Below are positions 1 through 10,334 of a stretch of DNA of 48,207 bases, piece by piece. A program made the translations under genes and the position numbers. The notes under the pieces were generated by a model. The model saw only the letters and a program-made list of their open reading frames with translations, had not been told where the DNA came from and searched no databases. Numbering within the stretch: position 1 is the stretch's first letter; each line of letters begins with the position of its first letter. The DNA is from an uncultured Bacteroidales bacterium (lineage in GTDB: Bacteria > Bacteroidota > Bacteroidia > Bacteroidales > Muribaculaceae), in the NCBI GenBank assembly GCA_900549375.1, contig URNY01000001.1:1-48207 (forward strand), given 5' to 3'.

Positions 1-265
1 CGGGAATATTGCCTGAAAAACCGCGGCCGGTGAGCGCAAAATGAAAACGTTCCGCCTCGCGATTCTCCGGATCGTTGATGTCGAGGAGCACCATGTCGTC
101 GAGATACCTCACCTTGAAACCTTTCGCATACTTGGGTGAAACCATTGAAATGGAATCCCCGGCCATTTTTCCGCCTTCATCCTGTTGCCCTGCTGAATGC
201 TTTCCTCCACAGGAACAGAAGAGGATTGCGGAAAGAAACAATGTTGTCAGTCCTGTCAGTTTCAT
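1..265 (-). CDS. ABC transporter substrate-binding lipoprotein, BtuF/iron-siderophore type (runs off the window edge)
   Basis: Not in the ORF track. Manual translation from ATG at 265 gives MKLTGLTTLFLSAILFCSCGGK...SPKYAKGFKVRYLDD, with a lipobox and the YAKGF motif typical of Bacteroidetes BtuF-like proteins. Last visible gene of the B12-riboswitch operon. Confidence 0.7.
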   Translation of the reverse strand, partial: MKLTGLTTLFLSAILFCSCGGKHSAGQQDEGGKMAGDSISMVSPKYAKGFKVRYLDDMVLLDINDPENREAERFHFALTGRGFSGNIP

Positions 266-275
266 ATTTTTCGTT

Positions 276-611
276 TTATTCCGGTATATATATTATCTCT
301 CCGTTTTCAAGCTGATAGGCGGATCCCACTCGGCGCCCTCTGGATCCGGCTGATTCATTTTCATTTTCCGACGGAGTGTATTTTTTTATTTTATCACCCT
401 CCTTCATTATGATTTCCATATTCTCCGCGCCGGGATTCTTCACTATGGTATAATCTTCTTTGGAGAATATCTCGCTCATGTCGAAATGAGCCACCAGCGC
501 CACCATAAGAGCCACTGCAAACACCATCGCGACATCAAACAGATTCGTGAGCATACCCAGAGGATTGTCGTCGTCATCCCCGGCCAATATCGGATTCTTT
601 CTTATTCCCAT
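276..611 (-). CDS. DUF2149 protein (HmuV-like, single TM)
   Basis: NPLGMLTNLFDVAMVFAVALMVALV and a C-terminal G.AYQL..GEIIYIPE motif; lies downstream of a MotA/ExbB gene and cobN as in hmu-type loci. Confidence 0.85.
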   Translation of the reverse strand: MGIRKNPILAGDDDDNPLGMLTNLFDVAMVFAVALMVALVAHFDMSEIFSKEDYTIVKNPGAENMEIIMKEGDKIKKYTPSENENESAGSRGRRVGSAYQLENGEIIYIPE

Positions 612-1198
612 GACTTCGAAATTTTCCTGAAAACAAACTCAAGGTCATTATACGACCGCGCATAAAACCGTCTGTCGGCCTGCATGGCTACAAGGCCAAT
701 GGCCGCCACCGCCATTCCCACCACAGTCGTGGCGAATGCCACCTGCATATTATAGGCCATCGAGACTATCTCGCCTCCGGCAAGTCCGACCAATGCAGGC
801 CCCATCGGAATCAGTGTGCCCATAAGTCCGAGCATAGGCCCGAATTTTATCAGCGCCCTATATTTTGAAAGCTGTTTCTGAACGTCGACTTGAAAATCGG
901 CAAGAAGATGCTCGCAATAAATCTTATCATCGCTATGACTTATGAGATTCGAGAAACACGTGGTTACGCAGTTTTGAGAACACCCGTCAAGTTTGTTGCC
1001 TGCCTGTTCCATTTCTTCGAAAGAATAATTATTTATCAGCCGGCGGAACGCTGTCCCTATCCGTTTTTTCTCCATATATCCTCCATAGAAACCGAAAAGA
1101 ATCCATATAGCCCGCAGTGCCATATATAACAGGAGGATTATCACAGGAATCAAAAGCCCGTTGGAGATTATGAACAGGAAATCAGATAGAGCTTTCAT
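602..1198 (-). CDS. MotA/TolQ/ExbB proton channel family protein (HmuU-like)
   Basis: GPMLGLMGTLIPMGPAL and MQVAFATTVVG motifs. Confidence 0.9.
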   Translation of the reverse strand: MKALSDFLFIISNGLLIPVIILLLYMALRAIWILFGFYGGYMEKKRIGTAFRRLINNYSFEEMEQAGNKLDGCSQNCVTTCFSNLISHSDDKIYCEHLLADFQVDVQKQLSKYRALIKFGPMLGLMGTLIPMGPALVGLAGGEIVSMAYNMQVAFATTVVGMAVAAIGLVAMQADRRFYARSYNDLEFVFRKISKSWE

Positions 1199-1695
1199 AA
1201 GAGACCATAAATTATGATGTTTGACAATAAGGCAACCAGCACGGCTTTATAATATGCGCTCATATCGACCGACATATATCGGAACAGCAATATCAGGCCG
1301 ATAAGAAAAAGAGAAACGGTGCAACCTGCAATCATTGCCGCCACGGCAAAATCCATGCCCGGGAACATGCCTGCTATATAATATGAAATCATGCATACCG
1401 GAACCCAGACCATCAATCCGGGATAATAACCGGCTATCTTCCTTAAAATCCCCTTTGAAAAGAGATAACCGGCCATTATCAAAAGCTCTAAAAATTCGAG
1501 AGCCGAGATTTTCTCCGCATTCAGCAGCCAGTAAACCTCTTTCTGCGACATGCCCGAAAAAAGAAGCGTGATCAGACAGGCCGCCACTCCCCACAACAAC
1601 ACCCATGCCGATGATATTTTCATTGGCATAAACGACATCTTCATTCCTGACGTGAGAAGAATCACGATACTGAGCGCTATTAATAAATACGTCAT
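1195..1695 (-). CDS. Integral membrane protein (HmuT-like position)
   Basis: Several hydrophobic helices; ATGA overlaps with both neighbours. Confidence 0.7.
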   Translation of the reverse strand: MTYLLIALSIVILLTSGMKMSFMPMKISSAWVLLWGVAACLITLLFSGMSQKEVYWLLNAEKISALEFLELLIMAGYLFSKGILRKIAGYYPGLMVWVPVCMISYYIAGMFPGMDFAVAAMIAGCTVSLFLIGLILLFRYMSVDMSAYYKAVLVALLSNIIIYGLL

Positions 1696-4600
1696 TTCTT
1701 TCCCCTTTTTCTAAAGAATAGGATTCCAATACCGAGAAGGATTGCGGCAGCGGCAATGGATATGACTATCGCTGAAATATTCCTGCCGTCAATAACAGGC
1801 AAGAGGCGGCTTTCCTTTTCTTTCAATACTCTGGCATCGGCTGAACCTGCAGTTGCCTCGGCCATATTGACCTTATAACGCTCCGCAGCTTTCCCATCGA
1901 GGTTGGCTCCGATAAACGCCTGCAGTTTCTTGTTGGCGCAAACGAACTCCGTGCAGGGAGCACCGTGCTTTTCGGTGATACGCGCATTCAGCGATGCCAT
2001 AATCTCCAATTGCTCTTTCGACGGTTTCCAGAACCCTTTGCGCGCACTCTCAAGCATTGTAGCGGTCATCTCCTGCAACGCCGCCGGATTGGTTCTGTCG
2101 AAATATTCCTCAATTCCGAGATTTTCCTTGTCGAGCACGTATAGTTTATATAAATCTTCATAGATATCATCGGGCAAAGCGCTGCTCCGGGTTGCGCTCC
2201 AGCCGAATATATTTCTGAAAATCTCGCCGAACATCTGCGCCGTTGTAGCGTCTCCTCTGAGCCTCTGCCTTATGAATTCGGGATTCAGAATCGTAGCTCT
2301 TGTCTCCACGCCCACGGCCACGCGTGTGTCCTGAAGACGCGGCAGATAGGAATTGCGATAATCCGCAAGCACGGCATCTGGTTCCTTCCCGTTGATGGCC
2401 GTCGATGCGAGCGACAACGCTCCTGTAAATTCATATACATGATCGAGCGAAACGGGACCCCACGTGTTGCTTTGACGGGGCTGCACGATAACATCAGTTT
2501 TATCGATCGCAGCTCTGAGGAGATTCTTGTCCATGCTCCCCCAGTTTTCATCGTCGCCATACATGGCGCACATGTTGTTGAGATAGCCCTCCACAAGTTC
2601 TTTAGAGTCGTTCCATTCGCCGGAATTTTCCGTGTAGCTCAGCATCCCGGTGCTATATCCGGAATTGACGGGGCCGAATATCCTCATATTCGAAAGCTCG
2701 CGCGCCCGTCTGGGAGACTCTCCCTTTTCCACAAGTTCCTTCTCCTGAGCCAATGTGCCTTCGGCCACGTAATTCGGATATTTGTCATCTTTCGCACCCG
2801 CTGCCAGTTTCACGGCATCGGTGAGCATCTTCAGGCGGGAAGCGGCGATATCGCGCAGCTGACCCGACACCTGCACAAGAATATTGATTCGCGGTCGGCC
2901 CAATGTTTCCGAAGGTATCAGTTTGATATCCATCACTCGCCCCTGATCATCCCTTACCGGCTCCACGCCCAACATTCTCATAGCCTGGGCCACGGTGGCG
3001 CCCTGCGATGAAATAAACTCTCCGGCCCAGAATGTATAGCTTACTTTCCGGGGATATTCTCCATGCCCGGCGACATAATTTTTCAAAGTCTGTTCCGCCA
3101 GGGCTACTCCGTCGTCCCATGCCTTGGGGCCGGGAGTGGCTTCGGCATTTATGCCATACATGTTCCTTCCCATCGGAAGGACATTCGGATTCAGCACCGG
3201 ATCGCCCCCGGGAGCCGGAGCGACGGGAATGCCGCGCAAGGCGCCCACCATGCTGTTGATCTCCGCCCCGGCGGATTCTGCGAGCATCCGCCGGCATTCG
3301 AGAATCTCTTCATCATCCCCGGCGCCGGATCCGCCGGCTCCATTCAGGCAAGCCGTTATCTCCTTTCTCGCTACAGGCAGATAATGATGGGTTATATACG
3401 TAAAATCGTGCAGGTTCTCTTTAGAAATCTTCCCCTTCTCAAAATCCTTTTTTGCTTTGGCATAGGCCCGTTTGTCGGCACACACGGCAAGCACACTGGT
3501 TGTCATGTCGGCAGGCGAATAAGGTTCTTCCATAACATAATATGCGCCTGTGATTTTCTCATTTGCGAGTTCTTCTACAAACGAATCTATCTTTTTCAAT
3601 TCCTCCGCCGAATATATTCCTTTCGCAGTGGAGTCGAGACCGAGGTCTTTATGCAAGCCGAGTCCTATGATTTTTCGTTTCAGGGAGTTTGTGTTTCGCG
3701 CCGGAGATGCGATTGCTCCATGAATTTCCTCTATCAGAGCCGCATATTTATTCCGCATGCCGCTTTCAACATAAGGAGGTGTGAGATGCGTCACTATCAC
3801 CGCATGACTTCTGCGCTTAGCAATGATGGCCTCTCCGACATTCCCCGTGGTATAAAAATAGAAATGCGGACGGTTGCCGATCAGCACTTCCGCCCAGTCT
3901 GCCTGCGACAGGCCTGCATTTTTACCGGGTGTGAATTCAAGATTGCCATGTGTGCCGAAATGTATAAGGGCGTCGGCATCAAATTTTTTCTGCATGTAAA
4001 GATATGGAGCGAGATATGAATGTGGAGGAACGACATCAGCCCCATGCACAAGTTTGAAATCATCATCGCCCAATGCAGGACGGGGCTGCGGGAAAATGAG
4101 AACATTGCCGAAATGCAAAGCAGCCACGGCAATACTGTCGCCCCTTGTCAGCAGGCTTCCCGGAGCTTTGCCGTAACGTTTTTCCACTTCGGCATATTTT
4201 TCGGGAAGCAACACATCTTTTGCCCATTGTTTATATTCGTCCCGGGATATCCACAGGGGGTTGCCCTCTTTCATGAACTTTTCCTGCGCCGCCGGGGCAT
4301 ACGACCCCATAACACTCCCCTGTTTCATGAGCAGGCGTTTAAACTCTTCCCGATTAGCGGGCAGACCGGAGAGATCATAGCCCTCTTTCTTGAGACGTTG
4401 CAGAAAATTATAAAGCGATGGCACTACTTCCATTCCGGAAGCAAGCAACGCGTCTTTGCCCGGCGATTTGAAATAGGCGATGGCTATCTTCTTTTTGCCG
4501 TTCGGAATAGTTCTGAGGCGCATAAACCTCTCGAACTGCTCCATAAACGCATTTACCCTCTCCGGCTCGGGCGTATACAGGAGATAGCCTTCCGGACTCG

Positions 4601-5582
4601 GATTCTGAGTGGAAATACATAGCGGCGTCATGCCTCCGTCGATTTCAGGCACTACTATGCGCGCATTCAGCGTGCCTCCTCCCATCGGTTTTTTCACATC
4701 AAGCCATTCCTCTCTGGGCTGGATAAGAGGAAAAGGCATGAACATAGGTATTTGCTTCTCATAGGCCCAGTTGATCAGCGTGTCATTCCCGAGTCGCCCC
4801 ATCGGAAGATAGACGATTGCCTCGGGATTCACCGCTTTAATCATGCGGGCGCGCCTCCGCCCTGTGGCTGTGATCGGATATACATTATAGCCTGCCTGCG
4901 TGAGCCGAGAAATCAGAGTGTCGATGTGGGCGCGGTTGTTCTCCACCGGAAAACTGACTCCCGACACGAAAGCCACATTTTTCCCCTCCTGATTATATAT
5001 GCCTTTCTGCTTGAGATAGGCCGTGAGCGATTCCGCTTTGTCAAAATATTTCCCCGGCTCCAGATGGTAATACATGTTAGCCGGCATCTCCACAGGTTCT
5101 TCATATTCTATTTTACCGATCCTATCCGAGGATGCTATCGAGGCGATATATCTGACCAGATTGCGGTAGTTTCTCCCGCACTGATTTGAAAAATATTTCT
5201 GAAGCTTCCTGCACTGAGCCGAATCGAGGTTATGCTTCACGACAAAACTGAAATTGCGCAACGTATTGGTAAAAACGGGGATTCCTCCGGCAGCGGCTTT
5301 GTCGAGCGATGCTAATTGCAACGAGTCGAGGAAAAGGCCTCTTCCATACATCAGAACAGCATCGTATTTCTCGAATTCAGCAGCTTCCTCCATCGATCTG
5401 CAGATTACCTTGATTTTTCTGCAATCATTGTTGAGCACTATTTCAGCTTCCTGAGCGGGAAGAGCATTGACCACAAGGACCGATACCGTCCGCAACCACA
5501 GAGCATATACGCCATACGCGCAGGATCCGAGAATGATGATTATTCCGATTATGATGAGAACTTTATTCCTGACCCCCTTCAT
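1692..5582 (-). CDS. cobN: CobN/ChlH-family chelatase large subunit, HmuS/BtuS-type with N- and C-terminal membrane anchors
   Basis: DALIHFGTHGNLEFTPGK, GEAIIAKRRSHA, LPMGRNMY, RPRINILVQVSGQLRD and LDHVYEFTGAL motifs; hydrophobic segments at both termini. Confidence 0.92.
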   Translation of the reverse strand: MKGVRNKVLIIIGIIIILGSCAYGVYALWLRTVSVLVVNALPAQEAEIVLNNDCRKIKVICRSMEEAAEFEKYDAVLMYGRGLFLDSLQLASLDKAAAGGIPVFTNTLRNFSFVVKHNLDSAQCRKLQKYFSNQCGRNYRNLVRYIASIASSDRIGKIEYEEPVEMPANMYYHLEPGKYFDKAESLTAYLKQKGIYNQEGKNVAFVSGVSFPVENNRAHIDTLISRLTQAGYNVYPITATGRRRARMIKAVNPEAIVYLPMGRLGNDTLINWAYEKQIPMFMPFPLIQPREEWLDVKKPMGGGTLNARIVVPEIDGGMTPLCISTQNPSPEGYLLYTPEPERVNAFMEQFERFMRLRTIPNGKKKIAIAYFKSPGKDALLASGMEVVPSLYNFLQRLKKEGYDLSGLPANREEFKRLLMKQGSVMGSYAPAAQEKFMKEGNPLWISRDEYKQWAKDVLLPEKYAEVEKRYGKAPGSLLTRGDSIAVAALHFGNVLIFPQPRPALGDDDFKLVHGADVVPPHSYLAPYLYMQKKFDADALIHFGTHGNLEFTPGKNAGLSQADWAEVLIGNRPHFYFYTTGNVGEAIIAKRRSHAVIVTHLTPPYVESGMRNKYAALIEEIHGAIASPARNTNSLKRKIIGLGLHKDLGLDSTAKGIYSAEELKKIDSFVEELANEKITGAYYVMEEPYSPADMTTSVLAVCADKRAYAKAKKDFEKGKISKENLHDFTYITHHYLPVARKEITACLNGAGGSGAGDDEEILECRRMLAESAGAEINSMVGALRGIPVAPAPGGDPVLNPNVLPMGRNMYGINAEATPGPKAWDDGVALAEQTLKNYVAGHGEYPRKVSYTFWAGEFISSQGATVAQAMRMLGVEPVRDDQGRVMDIKLIPSETLGRPRINILVQVSGQLRDIAASRLKMLTDAVKLAAGAKDDKYPNYVAEGTLAQEKELVEKGESPRRARELSNMRIFGPVNSGYSTGMLSYTENSGEWNDSKELVEGYLNNMCAMYGDDENWGSMDKNLLRAAIDKTDVIVQPRQSNTWGPVSLDHVYEFTGALSLASTAINGKEPDAVLADYRNSYLPRLQDTRVAVGVETRATILNPEFIRQRLRGDATTAQMFGEIFRNIFGWSATRSSALPDDIYEDLYKLYVLDKENLGIEEYFDRTNPAALQEMTATMLESARKGFWKPSKEQLEIMASLNARITEKHGAPCTEFVCANKKLQAFIGANLDGKAAERYKVNMAEATAGSADARVLKEKESRLLPVIDGRNISAIVISIAAAAILLGIGILFFRKRGKK

Positions 5583-5584
5583 GT

Positions 5585-6484
5585 CTATAGATTTTCTTTT
5601 ATGTATGATGACTTATGTTCGGCCGCATTCGGCACGGGGGCGCCGAACGCATCTTTGATATGTTCGATATAAATGTCCTGAATGCCGGGAATACTTCCTA
5701 ATCCCTCAAGCAGAGACGTCACATTAAAACCTTCGCGTTCGAGCATTCCCCGCCATTCGCCGTCAATATCGTTGCGGGCATGGTCGCCGGCCACAAACAT
5801 AAAGGGAATGAGTGTGACATTTTTCGCTTTTGAGGTTTTGAGCCGGGCCAAAGTGGTTTCATATGTAGGATAGCCTTCCACTGTGGCCACATGAAAACTT
5901 GATACGCCCTCGGAAGTAAACATATAGTCGATCTGCGAATACATTGCGTTGGCCGGAGTCGAAGTGCCGTGTCCGACCAATACCACCGCTTGATTCTTGG
6001 CAAGGTTCTTCCCGTATCTATCAATCAATATGCGGGTTGCTTTCAGGCAGTCCTCCACCGAATAAAGCAATGGGCGGCCGACACGTATCTCTTTGAAAAA
6101 CGGCTTCATCAAGGATGCCTCGTTGCGCAAGACCTCCGCTTCGATTCCATCTATCACATTGGTCCCCTGAACTATGACATGGGTATAACCCTCGGCGGCA
6201 AGACGCAGAAGTGCCTCCTGCGGAGTTTTCTTTATGATTCCTCGTTTTTTGAGCCTGCTGATAATGATGCGCGATGTATAAGCCTCCGCAATAGTTATTT
6301 CAGGAAACTGCTGCCGGGCTTTTTCATTTATCGCATCGATCGTTGCCTTGCGGGTGTCGTCGTAGGTTGTGCCGAAATGCACCATCAGAATCGCCGTCTT
6401 CTCCTTGGGAGCCTCGCCGAAACTTTGAGCCATGACACTCATCGCCGTCATAAAGGCAAAAAATATGGCTATATATTTCTTCAT
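5585..6484 (-). CDS. cbiK: Sirohydrochlorin cobaltochelatase CbiK-like, with signal peptide
   Basis: AILMVHFGTT, VGHGT and PFMFVAGDHARNDI motifs; start moved to MKKYIAIFFAFMTAMSVMAQ, a Sec-type signal. Confidence 0.9.
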   Translation of the reverse strand: MKKYIAIFFAFMTAMSVMAQSFGEAPKEKTAILMVHFGTTYDDTRKATIDAINEKARQQFPEITIAEAYTSRIIISRLKKRGIIKKTPQEALLRLAAEGYTHVIVQGTNVIDGIEAEVLRNEASLMKPFFKEIRVGRPLLYSVEDCLKATRILIDRYGKNLAKNQAVVLVGHGTSTPANAMYSQIDYMFTSEGVSSFHVATVEGYPTYETTLARLKTSKAKNVTLIPFMFVAGDHARNDIDGEWRGMLEREGFNVTSLLEGLGSIPGIQDIYIEHIKDAFGAPVPNAAEHKSSYIKENL

Positions 6485-6501
6485 TTTAAATGGTAAAAGT
6501 C

Positions 6502-6528
6502 CTCCCGGAACTTTCACGGTTCCGGGAG
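6502..6528 (-). terminator. Intra-operon stem-loop (weak terminator or mRNA stabiliser)
   Basis: CTCCCGGAAC-N7-GTTCCGGGAG perfect 10-bp stem between the lipoprotein gene and cbiK, with only a short U-tract. Confidence 0.5.
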
Positions 6529-6570
6529 AACGGCGTAGAGAAAAAAGTTTTGAACCTATATATCTAATGT

Positions 6571-7839
6571 TTACTTCACGTCTTCCACCACACGAATCTG
6601 CTCGAAGTAATAGCCGGAAGCCATTGTGGCGCCGAGCGTAGTCTGATTCTTCTGCACATCGTAGATGTAAATCTGAGGTTTCTGTCCCTGTGCGTCCACA
6701 CCGATATATGCCTTATGGTTGACATAGGCCATACGCGAGGAGAATCGGCCGCTGCTATAAGCGAGACTTTGCCCATTGTACATAATCGGGGTGCTTGTCT
6801 TGGAAACCACATCGATCACCGTATAGTAATGGCTGAAGGAGTCGATATCCGTTCCGGCAGCATCATCGCGCGCATAAGCCACAACTTTGTTATCGCCCAC
6901 ATACATTACGGAAATAAGTTTGCCCCCGGCTGTGAAACCATCGTAATTCTCGTCAAATTTCGTGGAACTGGCAGGAATCTTGAGGAGATGGCTTTGCTCG
7001 TTGCCGTCGGCGTCATCTGTCACGCAGGCTATATACAGATTGTTGTTCCCATCGATGAACGTTGTTGTCTGCAAAAGCTCACCATAAGCCGTACCAACCA
7101 TCTCGCAATCGAGGAAACAGGGAGTGTCGCTTTCAACAGCCATAGTAGTGGGGTTGATGACGGCAGTCATCATCGGAGTGACACGTTTTCCTCTACGTCC
7201 ACTTGTTTTTGCAAAATAGAAATAAAAGAGTTTGTTGTCGGAGGCGCGATAGTTGAGGATTCCGGCAGTGGTGAAAAGCTCGCCGCCTTCAGGCATCTTG
7301 ACATCGAGTGTGCCTTCTGCGATTATCGACATGTCGTCTGTATTGAGCTTTGTCCATACAATCTTGGAAGCGTCACCATTGGCAGCCATTATAACGAGAG
7401 TGTTGTCGTTGATCCATGCATGGGTATATTTACGGGTGGCATATGTATTTGTCTGGAAACGGCGTTCCTTCACAACTTCCACCTTGTTGTCTTTGATCAC
7501 ATACTTTGCAAAACGATCGCCCGATACGGGGACCTGATAATAGTATGCGCCCTTGAGAATTGTCTCGAGCGAAAGAAGAGAATTCACCTCCGTGCCCGTT
7601 CCCTGAAATGTGATTTCGGGTTGGTCGGCATCAAGAGAGTTGACGCTGCGCACCAGAGTCTGCACATCGCGGCCCATGCCCCCATGACGGTCGAGGGCAA
7701 CCCAGAGGTCGAAATGATAATCCTGAATGAGAGTGGGATCGTCCGGTTCGTTCGGTCCGTCGTCGTCTGAACAGCCTGTCATGCCGATAGCAAGAAAAAG
7801 AGCCATAAACGACATCAGAAGAAATTTAATTTTTTTCAT
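6571..7839 (-). CDS. Surface lipoprotein, DUF4374-like, partner of the TonB-dependent receptor
   Basis: Lipobox MTGC followed by acidic SDDDG, as in Bacteroidetes surface-exported lipoproteins; beta-rich sequence; directly downstream of the receptor gene. Confidence 0.7.
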   Translation of the reverse strand: MKKIKFLLMSFMALFLAIGMTGCSDDDGPNEPDDPTLIQDYHFDLWVALDRHGGMGRDVQTLVRSVNSLDADQPEITFQGTGTEVNSLLSLETILKGAYYYQVPVSGDRFAKYVIKDNKVEVVKERRFQTNTYATRKYTHAWINDNTLVIMAANGDASKIVWTKLNTDDMSIIAEGTLDVKMPEGGELFTTAGILNYRASDNKLFYFYFAKTSGRRGKRVTPMMTAVINPTTMAVESDTPCFLDCEMVGTAYGELLQTTTFIDGNNNLYIACVTDDADGNEQSHLLKIPASSTKFDENYDGFTAGGKLISVMYVGDNKVVAYARDDAAGTDIDSFSHYYTVIDVVSKTSTPIMYNGQSLAYSSGRFSSRMAYVNHKAYIGVDAQGQKPQIYIYDVQKNQTTLGATMASGYYFEQIRVVEDVK

Positions 7840-7859
7840 CGTTTAATGATTATTGGTTG

Positions 7860-10208
7860 TTAGTTGATAAATATCCTGAATTTTGCCCCGAATGAACGTC
7901 CAGGCTTCTGCAACATATAATTGTCGTAGGCGAGCCGGTCGAAAACGTTGTTACATTCCAGAGATACGTTATATCTGTCGCTGTGCCAGGAATAGGAAAG
8001 CGAGACGTTGGTGATGTTCTGAGTCGGAATCCTCGCTTTCGATGAGGCAGCTCCGAATGCTTCCCAATTCAGATAATACCAGTGGATATACTGATATTCC
8101 GCACTGATTCGCAGACGGTCGGTTTTCATGACAAGATCGCGGAATGTATAGGAAGCATCAAGATTGCCGAAGAACCACGGACGGTTCGGAACCCTGTTTT
8201 TATAAGTAGCCGACAGATTCCCGTCGCTTTTAAATTTCTTCAGATCGCGGGCATCGCTCCAGCTGGCATTGGCCGTGACCTGAAGGGAGCTGTTCCATAT
8301 ATAAGAGATTTCCGCATCGAAGCCTTTTATATCGATGGCCGGCTCGTTGATGTATTGCATCATTCCCTCCCGTTCGGAAACCGTGGCGCGTATATAGTTC
8401 TGCACATGGCGGATAAATCCGTTGACTTCATAATTCAACTGATTGACCTCGCAGAAATTAAATGTGCCGAATATTCCCAGATTATAGTTGTTGCTCGCCT
8501 CGGGACTTAAGGCAAGATTCGGATAGACCGTGGTCCCGTTACCAAGTAATTCTCTCGACAAAGGAAGACGCACGCTGTGTTCGTATGATCCCTTAATGGA
8601 AAGGGGATCAAAAAGTGAGAAACGGGTTCCGGCACCGGCACCCCAGTAATTCTTAACTTTGTTTTTGTCGATTTTGTCGGAGCCTGTTATGGTGATGTCG
8701 TCAGCCTGTCTTATCGACAAGGCATTGATGTAATCCTTCACAAAATAGGAAGTCTGCCATCTGCTGTTGAAAAAAGACTGGGAATATGTGAGCGACAGAA
8801 TGTGCTTGGTGACCACATCGTTAGAAGGTTCGAAATTCTTGTCGATATCGTCACGCCGTTCATTGCCCCGACGGTTCAGCATATAATTGAAGGCAAATAT
8901 GTTGTGCTCGTTGAGTTCGTAATCGACTCCGGCATTCACTATCGTCAGCGGCCGTTTGTAAATACGGATCGTTCGCCCCTTGTTGTTCATCTCGTTGCCA
9001 GAGGAAGGGAGCCATGTGCCATCCCAGGAGTATTTGCGGTAGGCCGTGTCGACGGTTTCGCTATGATCCCAAGTGTGAGAGAGGGTAATGCGAGTGGAAA
9101 CAGGTCCCCATTTCTTATTATACCGCGCCGAGACATTATAGGAATAGGAATGACGGGAAGCCTCGCCATATACTTTATTCTGCATGGCTCCGGTCTGAAT
9201 CTCCTTGTCAAGTTTGTTATAAGAAAATCCTACAAAAAACTTATCGGCCCATTTCACGTCATTCACCCCGACTTCAAGCTCGCCGAACAGAGAAAAATAA
9301 TCGTCATGAAAACGCCGTTTGTCGGTGAAAATATATCGGTCCTGCTCTTCGCTCCAGACCTCGACGTTTTTCATCATATAGTTGTTCTTGGAATAATTCA
9401 CGCTGAAAGTGGGCTGAACGACTATAGGAGTCCCCGGTATATAATATTGCCCGTTGATATCTCCGGTATGGGTCTGAAACGAGCCGATACCATAAGATGC
9501 ATCCAGATAATTCTGCCTTTTCTTCCGGGTTACAATATTTACCGCCCCACCCAATGCATCGGATCCAAGATACGATGGAACCACACCTTTATATAATTCC
9601 ACGCGCTCCACAGTGTTGAGCGGAACGTTGTCAAGTGTGAGGCCTGTGCCTTTGGTCTCCAGGGGCACCCCGTCGATGAAATATCGGATGGAATTTCCCG
9701 ACATCCCATTAATTGTTAAATCAAAATCCGATCCGGCACCACCTTCGCGTCTTACCTTAACGCCCGCCACATGATCAATCAGATCGTTAAGGGTAACCAT
9801 CTTGTTCAGATTGGGCGCAATCTCGACGGCACTTACCGAGAACGCTCCTTCTTCGAGCTTTTTTCCCGCTGTCTTGCCATATACATTTACCCCTTGCAAC
9901 TGAACGACATCCTCTTCCATCACTATGTCATGGACAATGTCTTTTGTCAGGTCTACTGCAAATTCAACAGTCCGATAGCCGGTTGCCGATATTCTGCATG
10001 AATATTTGCCTTTCGCAAGTTTGATTTCATATCGGCCATCTTTATCGGCCACCGTTACATAATTTCTGTCGTTGAAGCTCAATGTGGCGCCTGCCACAGG
10101 CTCTTGAATTCCGTCCGTTATATTTCCGGATAGTGTATAAACAGGTTTGGCCGCCTGCAAAAACAGGTGGCTCGATAGAATAAATAAAGAAAGTATCCAG
10201 ATTTTCAT
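7860..10208 (-). CDS. TonB-dependent outer membrane receptor (B12-regulated, BtuB-like)
   Basis: Plug motifs (GVKVRREGGAGS, ERVELYKG...DALGGAVNIVT) and C-terminal LQKPGRSFGAKFRIFIN; likely start MKIWILS at 10208. Confidence 0.9.
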   Translation of the reverse strand: MKIWILSLFILSSHLFLQAAKPVYTLSGNITDGIQEPVAGATLSFNDRNYVTVADKDGRYEIKLAKGKYSCRISATGYRTVEFAVDLTKDIVHDIVMEEDVVQLQGVNVYGKTAGKKLEEGAFSVSAVEIAPNLNKMVTLNDLIDHVAGVKVRREGGAGSDFDLTINGMSGNSIRYFIDGVPLETKGTGLTLDNVPLNTVERVELYKGVVPSYLGSDALGGAVNIVTRKKRQNYLDASYGIGSFQTHTGDINGQYYIPGTPIVVQPTFSVNYSKNNYMMKNVEVWSEEQDRYIFTDKRRFHDDYFSLFGELEVGVNDVKWADKFFVGFSYNKLDKEIQTGAMQNKVYGEASRHSYSYNVSARYNKKWGPVSTRITLSHTWDHSETVDTAYRKYSWDGTWLPSSGNEMNNKGRTIRIYKRPLTIVNAGVDYELNEHNIFAFNYMLNRRGNERRDDIDKNFEPSNDVVTKHILSLTYSQSFFNSRWQTSYFVKDYINALSIRQADDITITGSDKIDKNKVKNYWGAGAGTRFSLFDPLSIKGSYEHSVRLPLSRELLGNGTTVYPNLALSPEASNNYNLGIFGTFNFCEVNQLNYEVNGFIRHVQNYIRATVSEREGMMQYINEPAIDIKGFDAEISYIWNSSLQVTANASWSDARDLKKFKSDGNLSATYKNRVPNRPWFFGNLDASYTFRDLVMKTDRLRISAEYQYIHWYYLNWEAFGAASSKARIPTQNITNVSLSYSWHSDRYNVSLECNNVFDRLAYDNYMLQKPGRSFGAKFRIFIN

Positions 10209-10334
10209 TCGGTTTGCTGCCAAATTTAAACCCGGGGTACTATCACGCAGCAAACCATAATCATTCTCTACGAACAAGAGAACAATTAGTTGTTTTGTGG
10301 TAATATAACCCGAAAACTACAAAACTATATGTTG

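Noticed and set aside
3063..9596. Long plus-strand ORFs (3063-4019, 6715-7770, 8802-9596 and others)
   Set aside because: Antisense shadows of well-supported minus-strand genes, with no recognisable motifs.
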